NCBI RefSeq assembly: GCF_006345805.1
Contig: NC_043011.1
Location: 52,526,464 to 52,590,463, forward strand
Direction: 5' to 3'
Length of the DNA stretch: 64,000 bases
DNA from: Octopus sinensis
Lineage: Eukaryota
Position 1 is the stretch's first letter, and the number at the start of each line of letters is the position of its first letter. Positions 38,087 to 50,869 of the stretch are shown in pieces. The notes under the pieces are model-generated. The model worked only from the letters and a program-made list of their open reading frames with translations. It made no database searches and had not been told where the DNA came from. The position numbers and the translations under genes were made by a program.

Positions 38087-38485
38087 TATTTCTTTACTGC
38101 CCACAAGGGGCTACACACAGAGGGGTCAAACAAGGACAGACAAACAGATTAAGTCGATTACATCAACCCCAGTGTGTAACTGGTATTTATTTAATCGACC
38201 CCGAAAGGATGAAAGGCAAAGTCAACCTCGGCAGAATTTGAACTCAGAACATAGCGGCAGATGAAATACCTATTTCTTTACTACCCACAAGGGGCTAAAC
38301 ACAGAGAGGACGAACAAGGACAGAGAAATGGATTAAGTCGATTACATCGACCCCCAGTGCGTAACTGGTACTTATTTAATCGATTCCGAAAGGATGAAAG
38401 GCAAAGTTGATCTCAGCAGAATTTGAACTCAGAACGTAGCGGCAGACAAAATACTGCTAACGATTCTGCCAACTCGTCACCTTAA
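38087..38485 (-). mobile_element. SINE family C head-to-tail dimer (ctttgcctttcatcctttcggggtcgataaa body, Meta-domain-like)
   Basis: Two tandem units inside one perfect 16-bp TSD ttgttccaacaattct (38071-38086 and 38486-38501). The domain name is tentative. Confidence 0.8.
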
Positions 38486-38845
38486 TTGTTCCAACAATTC
38501 TATTATCAAGTTAACTCTTTTGATACCAACCTGCCTGAGACTACCCTTGCTTCTGTGATGCAAATTTCTTGTTTTAAAGTTACCAGAATTTCATGTTAGT
38601 TTATGTTCCAAACATTAACTTAATATTGAAAAAGTTATTTTACTAAATTCTTCTTTATTTTTCTGAATTAATTGAAACAAAGACAATGTCTTTCAATGTA
38701 AATATGTTAATAAAAGGGTTTAAGTATACTTAATATACAGCAATTATTTCATTCTTTTATGTCTCTCACTCACATTTGCGAAAATTGTTCTTGTGTCTTA
38801 CAAATGATATATTATTAATACTGTATTATTTCAATTCTGCTTCAG

Positions 38846-38917
38846 AGCTCTGTGTCGTGAATGCCATGCTAGAGAAAAAGCCAAAGGTCTTGGAAAATAC
38901 ATCTGCCATAAATGCCA
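38846..38917 (+). CDS. PINCH: PINCH coding exon 5 ([24 protein letters not shown])
   Basis: ttcag acceptor, gtaagt donor; matches [22 protein letters not shown]. Confidence 0.96.
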
Positions 38918-39115
38918 GTAAGTACAGCTACTGTTTATATTAACATTTCTAAGATAAGTCATTGTTGTTCATTCTTCTCATTAAACTGGAACTGTCAGTG
39001 GTAGTGTATTGGTTGTGATGGTGACGGTGACAGTGTTGGTAGCAGTGGTAATCAACTTCTAATCTTCTGAAAATTATTTTGTTGTGTCTAGGGAGAGTCA
39101 TTATGCCAATATTAA

Positions 39116-39334
39116 CCCTTTTGATACCAACCCGCCTGAAACTGCCTCTGGCTCTGTAATATAAATGTCTTGTTTTCAAAAGATCTGAATTAAAATCTTC
39201 CACCAAATCTTAGTCACAATTTGTTCCTAACACTGGCTTAATGATGACTACATTATTTTAATAATTCTTTGTTATATTTAAAATTAATTGAAAGAAACAC
39301 AGAGTATCTCAACAGAAATATGGTAATGAAAGGG
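39116..39334. mobile_element. TTAA MITE family 1 (a degenerate relative lies at ~38515-38718)
   Basis: TTAA cccttttgatacc ... ggtaatgaaaggg TTAA. Confidence 0.8.
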
Positions 39335-39531
39335 TTAACACATGCACTAGTTCAATTCCACTTCTTTATTAGTCAGTTGGTTAAATGTCAAACTAATTCA
39401 TCAATTGTTTGTTTAACTCGGTCTGTTTGTTTGTTTGTCTTTTTGTCAAGGCTCTTTTTGCTGTTTGCAAGCTTTTTAATGCCTTTTCTCAGAAACGAAG
39501 TTGAAAATTATTTCTTTCTTTAAAATTTCAG

Positions 39532-39609
39532 TTCTATTATTGAAGAAGGCCACATCAAGTTCAAGGAAGAAGCCTACCATCCATACCATTTCAACTGCAA
39601 GAGTTGTGG
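39532..39609 (+). CDS. PINCH: PINCH coding exon 6 (HSIIEEGHIKFKEEAYHPYHFNCKSC)
   Basis: tttcag acceptor, gtaagg donor; LIM3 YHPxHFNC motif; frame continuous. Confidence 0.95.
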
Positions 39610-40812
39610 GTAAGGGACTTTAATTATCTTTGTTTCATTCTAGAGCAGGAGTGGAGAAACTTTTTTCCAGAAGTGGGCTGCACGAGACATGGCTCATCGT
39701 CAGCAGGCAGACCTCACTACTAAAGAAGATTCAAGGAAATCTTTCATTAGGCACATCATACACAGGTCGTGTAAGTTGCAGTTTGCCCATGATTGTTCTA
39801 GAGTTTAAATCAACATGTAGAGAAATATGTTTGGAAGTCTGGACCTTGAGTGAGTTTTAAAGTTTGAACAGGAGCAGAAAATTCAAAATTAAATCAATTT
39901 TGTTCGTATGTGAACCCTACTGGGGTATTTAGGTTTGTCCCTTTATATCCTACATTCATATTCCATTGAGGCTGATTTTCGTCTCTCAGCTTTCTGCGTT
40001 TGGTGAATCATGTACCAGTAATGGAGTGTGATAATTTCAGTTGCTTATTCTTCTCCCACTAACAATTTGTGCTTGTGTTCCTCTATAAGGAGCACAAGAC
40101 AACTTGCACCTGACTCTATCTTACTTTCAGTCAAAGGTTTTTTTTTTTTGCTTTGTCTTGCAAGTTGCTTGGCAACCCCACCAGTGGAAGTGCCAAATGG
40201 GAAAGCATCCAGTACACGGTGTGAAGTGCTTGGCATAAAGGAGGACATTCCAGCCATAGAAATCATGCCAGAGCAGACACTTGAGCGCAATGCAGTCTTG
40301 GGCCCATTGGATCCTGTTAAACCATCCAATCCATGCCAAGGAAGATGGGCATTAAATGATGATGATATAATGATGGGATTTTTTTCAGTTTCCAGTTACC
40401 TAATACACTCACAAAGCTCTGATCAGCCCAAGGCTGTACTAGAAAACACTTTCTCTTTGTGCCATAGAGTGAGAATGCACCTGAAACTCTATGATTGGGA
40501 AGTGAACTTCTTAACACCAAAGCCATGCTCACACTGGAAACTGAAATTTCTATGTTGGGCTAAAAAGAAGAATATATTGTGAATTTAAATCAACTAATTA
40601 ATTACTTATTGTCAAACCAACAAGGAAGCGTCTAAATGTTACATCTCACGTTCCACGAATTGATCACGACTCAGAATGTAAGGGGACGTAACTCAATTCT
40701 GTTATTCTATTTATCTTAAAAATTTATTTAATCAACAAAACCTAACATTGAACCGGAGGCCTTTTAGATTAGGATCTTTGTTATAATTAATTAATTTTTT
40801 GCTATTTTTCAG

Positions 40813-40908
40813 TGTTGAACTAACTGCTGATGCACGAGAGAAGAATGGTGAGCTCTACTGTCTGCGGTGTTATGACAAGATGGGAATACCAATCTGTGGA
40901 GCCTGCAG
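40813..40908 (+). CDS. PINCH: PINCH coding exon 7 ([32 protein letters not shown])
   Basis: tttttcag acceptor, gtaggt donor; matches [30 protein letters not shown]. Confidence 0.97.
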
Positions 40909-41129
40909 GTAGGTCATTTCAACAGCATCATTATCTTCATCACCATTTCATTCATGACCATTAAATATCATTGTAACCTTCATATTTATCATCGTCATAA
41001 TATTCATTATCATTGCCTTCACCATCATAATTATCTATGTAGCATCATTATCATTGCTTAAACGAAATCACTATTGTCACTGACATAACATTGTTTTCAT
41101 CAACATCGTTTTCATTGGTGTCATTGTAA

Positions 41130-41310
41130 GTATGGTCATTGTCATCATCATCATTGTCATCATAATCATAATCATCGTCATCATCATTGTAATCATCATC
41201 ATTGTCATCACCATCATCATCGTAATTATCATTGTCATTATAATCATCATTGTCATCATCACCATAATCATCATTGTCGTCATCATCATTGTTGTCGTCA
41301 TCATCCTCAT
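41130..41310. repeat. Degenerate (ATC)n-rich low-complexity tract abutting the exon 8 acceptor
   Basis: atcatcattgtc-type triplets. Confidence 0.85.
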
Positions 41311-41336
41311 TATAAACCTTTTTCTCTTTATTTCAG

Positions 41337-41391
41337 ACGACCAATAGAAGAGAGAGTTATAAATGCTTTAGGTAAATACTGGCATGTTGAG
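41337..41391 (+). CDS. PINCH: PINCH coding exon 8 (RRPIEERVINALGKYWHVE)
   Basis: tttcag acceptor, gttagt donor; LIM4 CRRPIE motif conserved. Confidence 0.96.
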
Positions 41392-41543
41392 GTTAGTAGA
41401 ATTGGTTTTTGGTTTTATTTTGTTCTTTGTTAGAGTCACTTCACCCCTACTGTTGCAACACGCCTGCCATGTCACTCCCCTACCATGTAATTCTCTTACC
41501 AGTTCATCCATCATACTGCAGTAATAATATTAATAATATTCTA

Positions 41544-41764
41544 AAGGCAGTGAGCTGGCAGAATCGTTAGCACACTGGGTAAAATGCTTAGTGGTATTTT
41601 GTCTGTCTTTATGTTCTGAGTTCAAATTCTGCTGTGGTCGATTTCGCCTTTCATCCTTTCAGGGTCGATAAAATAAGTATCAATTGAACACTGGAGTCAA
41701 TGTAATTTACTTATCCCCTCCCCCGAAAATTGTTAGCCTTGTGCTGAAATTTGAAACCAATATT
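41544..41764 (+). mobile_element. SINE family C
   Basis: gagctggcagaatcgttagcac head, gcctttcatcctttcagggtcgataaaataagta body; relatives near 10.5-10.7, 34.5-34.7, 44.2-44.5, 47.3-47.5 and 61.5-61.7 kb. Confidence 0.75.
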
Positions 41765-42162
41765 CCATACTACTTATTGTGTGTGGGTGTGTCTTTCAGC
41801 AACAGTTGTAAATGAGTGTCACCATTAAACATGCCGTGCCATTTGTTTCCAAAATTACATGAAAACATGTCTGGCCATGAAGGAAATATGGCTGCAGAAA
41901 ATCTTCAACAAATTCCATCTGACCCATGCAAACATCATGGAAAAGTGGTCATTAAAACAGTGGGGGCGGGGTATGATTGTTGATGATGATTGGTGATGAC
42001 TGATGGTGACTAAAACTGTAGTAATGTACTGTATTGAAACCATAGTTCTGCATTGCAGTAATGTACTGTGGTAATAATACTGGACTGAGCCTACTACTAC
42101 TACTACTACTACTGCTGCTATTACAATTACTGACTTAATTCTTTTTCTGTTTTACTTTACAG

Positions 42163-42255
42163 CACTTTGTCTGTGCAAAGTGTGAGAAACCATTTTTGGG
42201 CACCAGATATTATGAGAAGAAGAATATGGCTTACTGTGAGATACATTATCATCAG
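42163..42255 (+). CDS. PINCH: PINCH coding exon 9 ([31 protein letters not shown])
   Basis: tttacag acceptor, gtaggt donor; matches [31 protein letters not shown]. Confidence 0.97.
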
Positions 42256-42428
42256 GTAGGTGTACTTGTTGTTGTTTAGTCCCAGGTTAGCCCTCATCCA
42301 GCAAACCTATGGTCAAATAATTAGATGTGTGTGTCTATATATATATATATGAAATAAACAAAAGACGAAGACAGGTGGTGTAGAAAACAAACAGATGTAT
42401 TAGTATAACGTTCGGGAAATGAAAAAGT

Positions 42429-42464
42429 CTTTTACGTTTTGAGCCTACGCTCTTCTACAGAAAG
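42429..42464 (-). ncRNA. Degenerate minimal hammerhead-like motif, same repeat family as 18750
   Basis: cttt CTGTAGA a GAG cgtagg CTC AAAA cg TA / aaag; A6 to U and G12 to A. Confidence 0.4.
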
Positions 42465-43544
42465 GGACACAGAAAGAAAATAAAGAAGGTGTAGTGGCTA
42501 CCAATCTATCATGGCGACTATATATATATATATAAAAGCATATATAATATTTCAGAGATTGCATTATCTAATCTAGCCAATATGTTGTTCCCTTTTCAAG
42601 ATTGTTGGATGTGATTTGAGAAATACTTGGCTGTGATTTCTTGTATGTGAAGCAATCACATAGAATTGTGAAGGGCAAATTTTCCAGTACTAGTGGTGAA
42701 TTGCAAGTACATAGGAACCTGTAGAGGTCACATCTATGCTGAGTAAAATAAAGAATTATCAATTTACAAATTCATAGGTAATTAACTCACATTAAATTAC
42801 TATTTTGGTGTTAAGGCCTGTGAAAGCTCATAGCCTAGTAGCTAGAGTTTTGGGCTTATTATCATAAGGTCATAGGTTTTATTCCTGGACCAGGCAGCAC
42901 ATTGTATCATTGGGCAGGGTGTTTTGTGTTAGGTCAGGAGATGAGGCATGAAGAGTATTTCTGTATCTGTCCGTGACTACATAGATGCCTAAAAGAGTCA
43001 GTGAAAGTATTATACGTTAACAAGTCATCTTCTCTGTATGGACACTGAGTCTTACAGAGATGCCAAAGGTCAAGATATCTGGCCCCTTGCTGTACTCAAG
43101 AAGACCCGTCCTCCACAGCAGAATTATTAATGCCACTTTCTCTGCTGAAGAGGATTGACCTGCAAAAGCCGTGTACTGGAGCCACGTAAAAGCACCTAAG
43201 CTGATAAAGTGGTTGGTGTTAGAGAGGGCATCCAACCATAGAAACCAAGCCAAATCAGGTGCAGCTCTTGTCAAACCATCCAACCTATACCAGCATGGAA
43301 AACCGATGTTAAATGATGGTGGTGATGATGATGATGATGAAGTCATTTTTGTTGGCACAGTTCTCTCTCTCTCCAGATGTCACATCCTGCTTATTTTGCT
43401 GGGTCAAGAGTAAGACAGTGAGGGGTGGTGGTGTTTATGTCTACATGTGATTCCATAGGCACCTCAAACAATTAGCAAATGTGTATTACATGCTACTGTG
43501 TCAGCTCACTTATGAGTGACAGCTGTGGATATTTGTCTTATGGA

Positions 43545-43838
43545 TAAATGAAGGAGTACTCCGTCGGTTGCGATGACAAGGGTCCCAGCTGATACGATCA
43601 AAGGAACAGCTTGCTCGTGAAATTAACGTGCAAGTGGCTGAGCAATCCACAGACATGCGTACCCTTAACATAGTTCTCATGGAGATTCAGGTACTACTCA
43701 TTTTTGCCAGCTAAGTGGACTGGAGCAACGTGAAAATTAAGTGTCTTGCTCAAGGGCACAACGTGCCGCCGGAAATCGAACTCAAGACCTTACGATTATG
43801 AGCCGAATGCCCGTAACCACTAAGCCACGTGCCTTCAC
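43545..43838 (-). mobile_element. SINE sharing the family D head and body but with a different 3' half
   Basis: tRNA-like head tggcttagtggttacgggcattcggctc...gagttcgatttcc and shared ctccagtccacttagctggcaaaaatgagta body, then a distinct tail. Confidence 0.7.
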
Positions 43839-44502
43839 ATGCACGTGGCTTAGTGGTTATAATCCCACTTGAAATAGCTAAGCTGATGCTGGAAATCATC
43901 TTGGGTTTTTCCCTTGTATATCATTCACAAAAAAACTCCCAGAACTCACTGCAACCATACATCAATATCAATGCCTACAGGAAGTAAATTACCACCACCA
44001 ACACCAATTGGCTTTTCTATCAAACCACAATACCTATAGGAAAGTCAAAATATGCCTTTGTGCATAGTATGGCCAGGCAGTAGCCTAGCAAAGTTGTTAC
44101 AGTATACATATTTGTCTTAGGTCTCTCTGCTCTAAGTTCAAATAATGCTGAGGTCAATTTTACCTTTCCTCTTTTCAGAGTGATTAAAATTAAGTACTGG
44201 TCAAATACTGAGGTCCAACTAAGCCTCTCTTCGAAATCGCTGGTCTCGTTCCAAAATCAGTGCACACAGGACAAAATGCTTAGTGATATTTCTCCCAGCT
44301 CTTTTTGTTCTAGGTTCAAATGACATCCTAGTCAACTTTGCCTTTTATTCTTTCAGAGTTAATAAAACACGTACCAGTTGAGCACTAGGGTTGATATAAT
44401 TAACTTGCCCCCTCCCCCAAAATTTCAGGCCTTGTGCCTGAAGTAGAAAGGATCATCCTCATGATTATTATTATTAATAACATTATTATTTGTCTTTTGC
44501 AG

Positions 44503-44551
44503 CTATTTGGAAATATTTGCTTTGTTTGTAACAATATTGTAGCTGGAGATG
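44503..44551 (+). CDS. PINCH: PINCH coding exon 10 (LFGNICFVCNNIVAGD)
   Basis: ttttgcag acceptor, gtaagt donor; start of LIM5. Confidence 0.94.
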
Positions 44552-45443
44552 GTAAGTAGATTATGCTTCAATATAGAACACAATAAATGAATTCATTAAT
44601 TAATTAATCCACCTACATTTTTGGTGCATCATGCCCTGTTATGCAAATTAGATAGACCAGTTTAGCTAGGTTTGTATACACTGTAGCCATAAGTTTATAA
44701 CCTCTCCTTGGACAGATGATTGATCCCACTTTTGTAGGAATGAAATATGTAGTATAAACAGGTGCAAGTGTTTCTGTGTGGTAAGAAGTTTGCTTCTCAA
44801 CCCCTTGGTTTATTCCCACTGCATGGCACTTTGGGCAAGTATCTTCTGCTATATCCCTTCTACTGCAGAAATTAGATATATCCATGCAAAATTTCATGAT
44901 CCTTAACTGTGGAAAGCAGTTTTACATGCTAGTTTATTTTTTCTTAAGGAATGTCATGTTTGAAGCTGCTTTTTGTTGAGATATGTTAAGTTTATTGAGA
45001 CAAAATGACTTGCAGAAAATACCAATTCTGCTTTTTAGTAGATATTTAACATTATTACTAGAATGACCATGAAATTTAATTCCACAGTTATTAAAGGATT
45101 TATTTAAAATTATGAGTCAACAGTAACTATACAAATGAAACAAGGGACAGAGTTAAGATGTTTTTCTTGTCTCTTCAACACCTGTTCTTTTCTATAGCAT
45201 TTGATCCGGCCTTATTAAGCCCAAATATTCTGTTTTGTGTTCAAACTAACCAGATCAGGGCTCTCACAACTACCCTGCAATGTCATTCAAAAAGGATACA
45301 AATGCATCATCAAAATCTCAAAGCTACAAGAGTATGATACAAGTGTATGATTAATTCAAAACAGTGTGAATAAATAAATATTACATTTGACAATATAATG
45401 TGAATGTTAAAGGGTTAAACTAGATAATACAAAATTTTTTGTA

Positions 45444-46126
45444 TTGGGTTGTCCAGAAAGTTTGTGCCAATTTTTAAAGGAAAGAAAAAGGTCAATAAAT
45501 ACCTGCCATTACATTTTTAATCAACCAAATATGAACCATTTTGTTGCACAATGCGTCTCCATCTTTCCTTAACTTGAAAATACCCTCTTCCCAGAATTGA
45601 GGTGGTTTCATGGCAAGGAATTCATCAAGGTATCTTTTTACGTCATCCAAGGAATTGAAATTTTTACCATTAAAACTATTCTGCAGAGACCTGAATAAGT
45701 GGAAATCCGAAGGAGCAATATCTGGTGAATATGGAGAGTGGGATAACACATCCCAGCCAAGCTGCAGCAATTTTTGTCTGGTTCCTAAAGAAACGTGCGG
45801 TCTTGCATTATCATGTTGGAAAACAACACCCTTCCTGTTGGCCAATTCTGGACGTTTCTCTTGAATTGCTGCTTGTGAGGCATTTTTCCCTTTACGGAAA
45901 AAGAAAAGCATCAAGTGCTGAAAATGAACTTCCATATCTTCCATTTTAAAGGGTTACAGAATTAACACAGGTTGTAGGAACACAAACCTTCTTCCACGAA
46001 AAGATAGCTTAAACTGTGCTCTAAATAGAGGTGTAGTCAAATCCTATATTATGGACTCAACCATGTTACAAAATAAGTCGAAAAGTAAGCTACTATAAAT
46101 CGGCACAAACTTTCCGGACAACCCAA
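45444..46126 (-). mobile_element. Internally deleted mariner (D,D34D type), 683 bp, in PINCH intron 10
   Basis: TIRs ttgggttgtcc(a/g)gaaagtttgtgcc(a/g)attt, TA at both ends; ORF 45492-45944 fuses an N-terminal HFxHLMLFFFRKGKNA to HDNARPH...YSPDIAPSDFHLF. Confidence 0.93.
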
Positions 46127-46294
46127 TATTTTGCTCCTTTAAAATAGCTGTGATTTGAGGTGAGATCCAGCTGTTATTTCCTGCAGGCTGAATGATTTTC
46201 TTTTTGGATGGTTATCTCTGATGGTAATATTGATGTCATTGTTGTTTAGTCTCAAACCAGTGTATAAATCAGTTGCGTTTGGTTTCTATTGCAG

Positions 46295-46370
46295 CCTTTA
46301 CTGCCTTTAACAAAGCCTGGTGCGTTAACCATTTTGCTTGTTCTGTCTGTGACAGGAAGATGAGCCAGAA
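46295..46370 (+). CDS. PINCH: PINCH coding exon 11 (AFTAFNKAWCVNHFACSVCDRKMSQ)
   Basis: attgcag acceptor, gtaagt donor; NKAWCVNxFACS motif of LIM5. Confidence 0.96.
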
Positions 46371-46634
46371 GTAAGTAAAACTATTTTATAGTGTGTGTAT
46401 TTACTTACACATGTGCTTGGGTGTGTATGTACATGGGTGTGCTTGAATGTGTATCCTTGATGGTGTTGCAGTTGCTGCGGTTATTTTCATTTTCATGAAG
46501 TGTCATTGATGTACCAGGAGCAAAGCTCCAGTAATCAATGTGATAGTGTCATAAAAACTTGCCATTACTATTAAGGGTGTGAAGCGCTTTTCCCTCCTCT
46601 TAGTGACATGTGTCACTTTTGCCTCCCTCCACTG

Positions 46635-47100
46635 TCATCATCATCATCATCGTTTAACGTCCACTTTCCATTGATAGCATGGACGATTTGACTGAGGACT
46701 GGCAAACCAGATGGCTGCACCAGGCTCCAGTCTGATTTGGCTGAGTTTCTGCAGCTGGATGCCCTTCCTGATGCCAACCACTCTGAGAGTGTAGTGGGTG
46801 CCCTTACATGCCACCAGCACGAGGGCCAGTCAGGCGGCACTGGCAATGGCCATGCTCAAATGGTGTTTTTTACGTGCCACCTGCACAGGAGCAAGACCAG
46901 CAGCACTGGCAACGACCTTGCTCGAATATTTTTTCACTTGCCACCAGCACAAGTACCAGTAAGGCGATGCTGGTAACAATCACACTCGAATGGTGCTTTT
47001 TACATGCCACCGGCACAGAAGCCAGTTGGCTGCTCTGGCAACGATAACACTCGGATGGTGCTGTTAGCACTCCACTAGCATGGATGCCAGTCATCAAATT
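46635..47100 (-). mobile_element. RTE 3'-end element
   Basis: Same tail and subrepeats; further copies near 37.0-37.3, 53.4-53.7 and 59.7-60.0 kb. Confidence 0.8.
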
Positions 47101-47605
47101 TGATTTCGATTTCTGTGAAAATTACAATAAGATTCTTGACATCTGTGTTTTGTTTTGTCATGAAAAAAAAAATAGATTATTGTAAAAACAGTTTCATATA
47201 TTACATAACTCTGTCGGGTCATCTTCATAGAAGGAATTTAATAAAGAGTGAAACCATTGTTGAAACTGAAATCAAACTTCAATATTACTCGGCAGTAAGG
47301 CAGCGAGCATGCAGAATCATTACTGTGCCAGATACAATGCTTAGCAATATTTCAGCCATCTTTATGTTCTGAGTTCAAATTCTGCCAAGGCCGACTTTGC
47401 CTTTCATCCTTTCAGAGTCAATGAAATAAGTACCAGTTGAACACTGGGGTCAATATAATCAACTTACCCCTCCCTGAAATTGCTGGCCCTGTGCCAAAAT
47501 TTGGAACTATTATTATTATTGTTATTATTATTCTTATTATTATTATTATTACTTCTTTTGCTTTTAAAAATGATAACCTGTTTTCTTTTTCTTCTATTTT
47601 GACAG

Positions 47606-47720
47606 AACCAAATTCTTTGAATTTGACATGAAACCTGTCTGCAAGACATGTTTTGAGAAATTTCCTGGTGAAATGAAACGCCGATTGAAGAAGGCCTATG
47701 ATGAACACACCAAAAAATAA
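47606..47720 (+). CDS. PINCH: PINCH last coding exon ([38 protein letters not shown])
   Basis: ttttgacag acceptor; [11 protein letters not shown] and basic KRRLKK tail typical of PINCH; TAA 47718-47720. The 12 exons sum to 975 nt, one open frame. Confidence 0.97.
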
Positions 47721-49050
47721 CCTGGTCACCATAGGAACTAATAGTCTTGCTTCAGTGCCTCTTTCTCTCTTTCCAATCTATTCTCTAGAACAGTCTGCAA
47801 ACAATCTGTAGCCTTATTCTCCATTTGTTGTAAGAATTTCATTAACTCACCTGTCACCAAGGAGGGAAAAAAAAACAAAAACTGAACAGTGCCCCAATAT
47901 GGTTATAACCTCTGGTTGAAACTGTTTATAGAATGATAGAATATAAATTAATGAGCATATGTCTATTGCTCTTTACTATTGTGACAGTTTATTTTCTTTG
48001 TTGTTTACTGGGTGAAGCATTTGTGTATACAGAGAGGTCAGTATCATCCAGTGGATGGTTAAAGAACTGAACTACTCACTGACTTAGAGGTGATGAGTTC
48101 AAACCATGACTGGGATATATGAGTGTTGTATTCTGGAGCTCATATCTCCCAGGTTTTATAGCATTTGGCCTGCATGGAAAATCACTTTCCCTGACCTAAC
48201 CAACTCTTATTTCCCTGGATAGAATAAGGTCAATAGTCCATCACAGATTTTAATGTATTTATCCACTGGAATGTGAGCTGAAAAGATTTGGTAGTGATTA
48301 GGTTGGGCTAATGTTATAAGCCTGGCAGCAGTGCAGTTGATGTGAATGTCTCAATTTGCTGATTTTCAGGCCAATGCAACCCACAAAAGAAATAATTTGG
48401 TCAACAAGAAAAAAAATAGTTTATAGTTCCGGCTGACAAACTGGCCAAGTCATTAGAACATAAGACAAAAAGTCTTATTCCAGTTCTCTGCATTCTGAGT
48501 TCAAATGCTGTTGAGGTCAACTTCACATTTCATCCTTTAAGGATCAACAAAATAAAAAAAAATCACTTGAGGGCTGTAGATTAGTGGAATCTACAGAGCA
48601 TCAGACAAAATTTTTTGTGGTGTCTTTTCCAGTTCTTTGCATTCTGAGTTTTTCAGTGGTTGACTTAATTTGCTGCCTGGTTTAACACCACCACTTCGTC
48701 CTTGGGTACCTTTAGCAGAGTTCTCTGTTGCAAACACATGTCAGGTCACTGGTTTGAGGATACATACCATCCTTCCTCCTACCAGTCTCAGAGGCCCTGA
48801 TAAATAAATGGGTGATGGATATTGCCTTTTTTTCCTCCACTTCACTAAGCCTTAAAAATAAACCCCTACCTAAATGCAACAATGGAGAGTAGAAAAGAAA
48901 AACAAAGCACAAAAAAAACAGGTTTTCAGAGACTGTTTCTAGTAAATATCTAAGACAGAGATAAGGGTTTCAATATTCAAATTCTTTTTCCTATAGACTT
49001 TTTAGTTTGACGTTACAAATTCATAAAACTGAAATATTTTCATAAATTAA

Positions 49051-49216
49051 CCCTTTTGATACCAACCCATCTGAGACCATCCTGGGTCCTATGATACAAA
49101 CTTCCTGTTAATTTATGTTCCAAGCACCCTTGATGCTGACAAAATCATTTTATTAAAATTTTCATTTTTTTCAAAACTGAAACAAAGGCAGTGCATTTCA
49201 GTTAGTAACAAAAGGG
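49051..49216. mobile_element. TTAA MITE family 1
   Basis: TTAA cccttttgatacc ... agtaacaaaaggg TTAA. Confidence 0.75.
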
Positions 49217-50869
49217 TTAAAATTACAATGGATTAAATCCTTTTTCTTTTTTCTGAAATAGAAATATACTGGAAAAAGAAACTGCCCCCAAAAAAGAAAA
49301 CTGGAATTTTGAAAATAACAAAAATTTTCAGTTTGAATTTCAATTAAAAATTGGAACTTTCTTTGGTTTTAAAAAATGACATTTCAGTTTTACCAATTTT
49401 GAATTTCAAATTGAAATATTATAAGAAAAAAAATTGAAATTCTTATCTCTGATCTCAACTTATCCTGCTTCACTTTATTTATAAATGTTTTTGTTTTTTT
49501 AATTAGACATCTAGAGTTAGTCTAAATGCCTTAAATATATCTATTTTCTATACAAATCTATATTTTATTCTTGCAAATGGTTTATTTTTTAATAAGTCTT
49601 TGTCATTCAGACCCTTCACTTTCTCTATATTTCTCACACAAAAATATTGCATGTTTTTGCTATTATCTTCTTTCCAATATTATCTGCCTACACACTTCAG
49701 AATAGATTTTTAAAGAAATTACCTTTTTGCTCCAGATTTTTATTTTTTATTTATAATTTTTTTTTTATTAAATATATTTTAACCCTCTTTGATACCAGAG
49801 AGTGCTTCAGAGGAGTGAAGATGACATCACTTTCAATGGCATTGAGTAAATTTGAAGGGCACCTCTCCTTTGAATACAACACTATCAGATACAGTGTCAG
49901 AAGGCCCGTATTAATTGTGGACACACAGTCCTTTTCTTGTGACTAAACAATACATTAAAAACAAAAATGAGAAATTATACAGTGATCCTGCTGCTTACAG
50001 TATACCTCCTCATGATACCAATTTACTGTTAGGTGGACTGAGCTGTTGAGTAGTGAGTGTCTTACTTGCTGAACAAATGGTGGGACATGAATTGGCAATC
50101 TTTTGGTTAGTGGAGGCAGTATCTCTGCTGATGTTGCTTCAGAAATACAAGTCCCCTTATTTATAATGTCCATATAATAGCTTTACAGTTTAGGGCTTTC
50201 TCAAGAAGAAATCCTGTGATGGTAGCATGCTTCGACCTGAGATTGTGTATTGAAACTGAAACAGTAACATTGTAGAAGAATCATGTTAGCCATTTAAGAA
50301 CACACATGCTTTTTACATTCACCTTTGATTTATCTTATGTTGCTGGTGCAGTACTTAGGCCTTTGGTAATAGTTTACTTTATAAACACTGTCTTCTTGCA
50401 CAGTTAAAGAAGCTTCACCCAATCAGTTGATTAAATCACATCATCATCATTTTAACAATCACTTTTCCATGCTTGCATGGGTCAGATGGAATTCAGTGAA
50501 GGCAGGTTCTCTATGGCTTGGTGCCCCTCCTGTTACCATAAATATATTCTGTATAAAAACAAGGTATTAATATTTATTACATATAGCATTGGCTAAAATG
50601 TATATGTTCTGAAGTACCTAATTGCGTTGAAGCAAAATGTTGTAATTGCACACCAATAACTTATTAATTAAACTAGCTGCCAAATGCATAATAATATGCA
50701 AATCAGTGTATATGATTTACTTAAGCATGTCTTTGAAGATAATTATAGAGGATATTCAGTTGCTGAGGAAATATCAACACTTGACTGAAACTGGTCTAGT
50801 TTATCTCTTTTTCTTTCTGTTCCTGAAGATGTATAAAGATCAGGTGTTTACATCTGTCTGTCACATATA

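Noticed and set aside
41077-41347. Met/Thr-rich or Ile-rich ORFs next to exon 8
   Set aside because: Translation of a degenerate ATC microsatellite inside intron 7.
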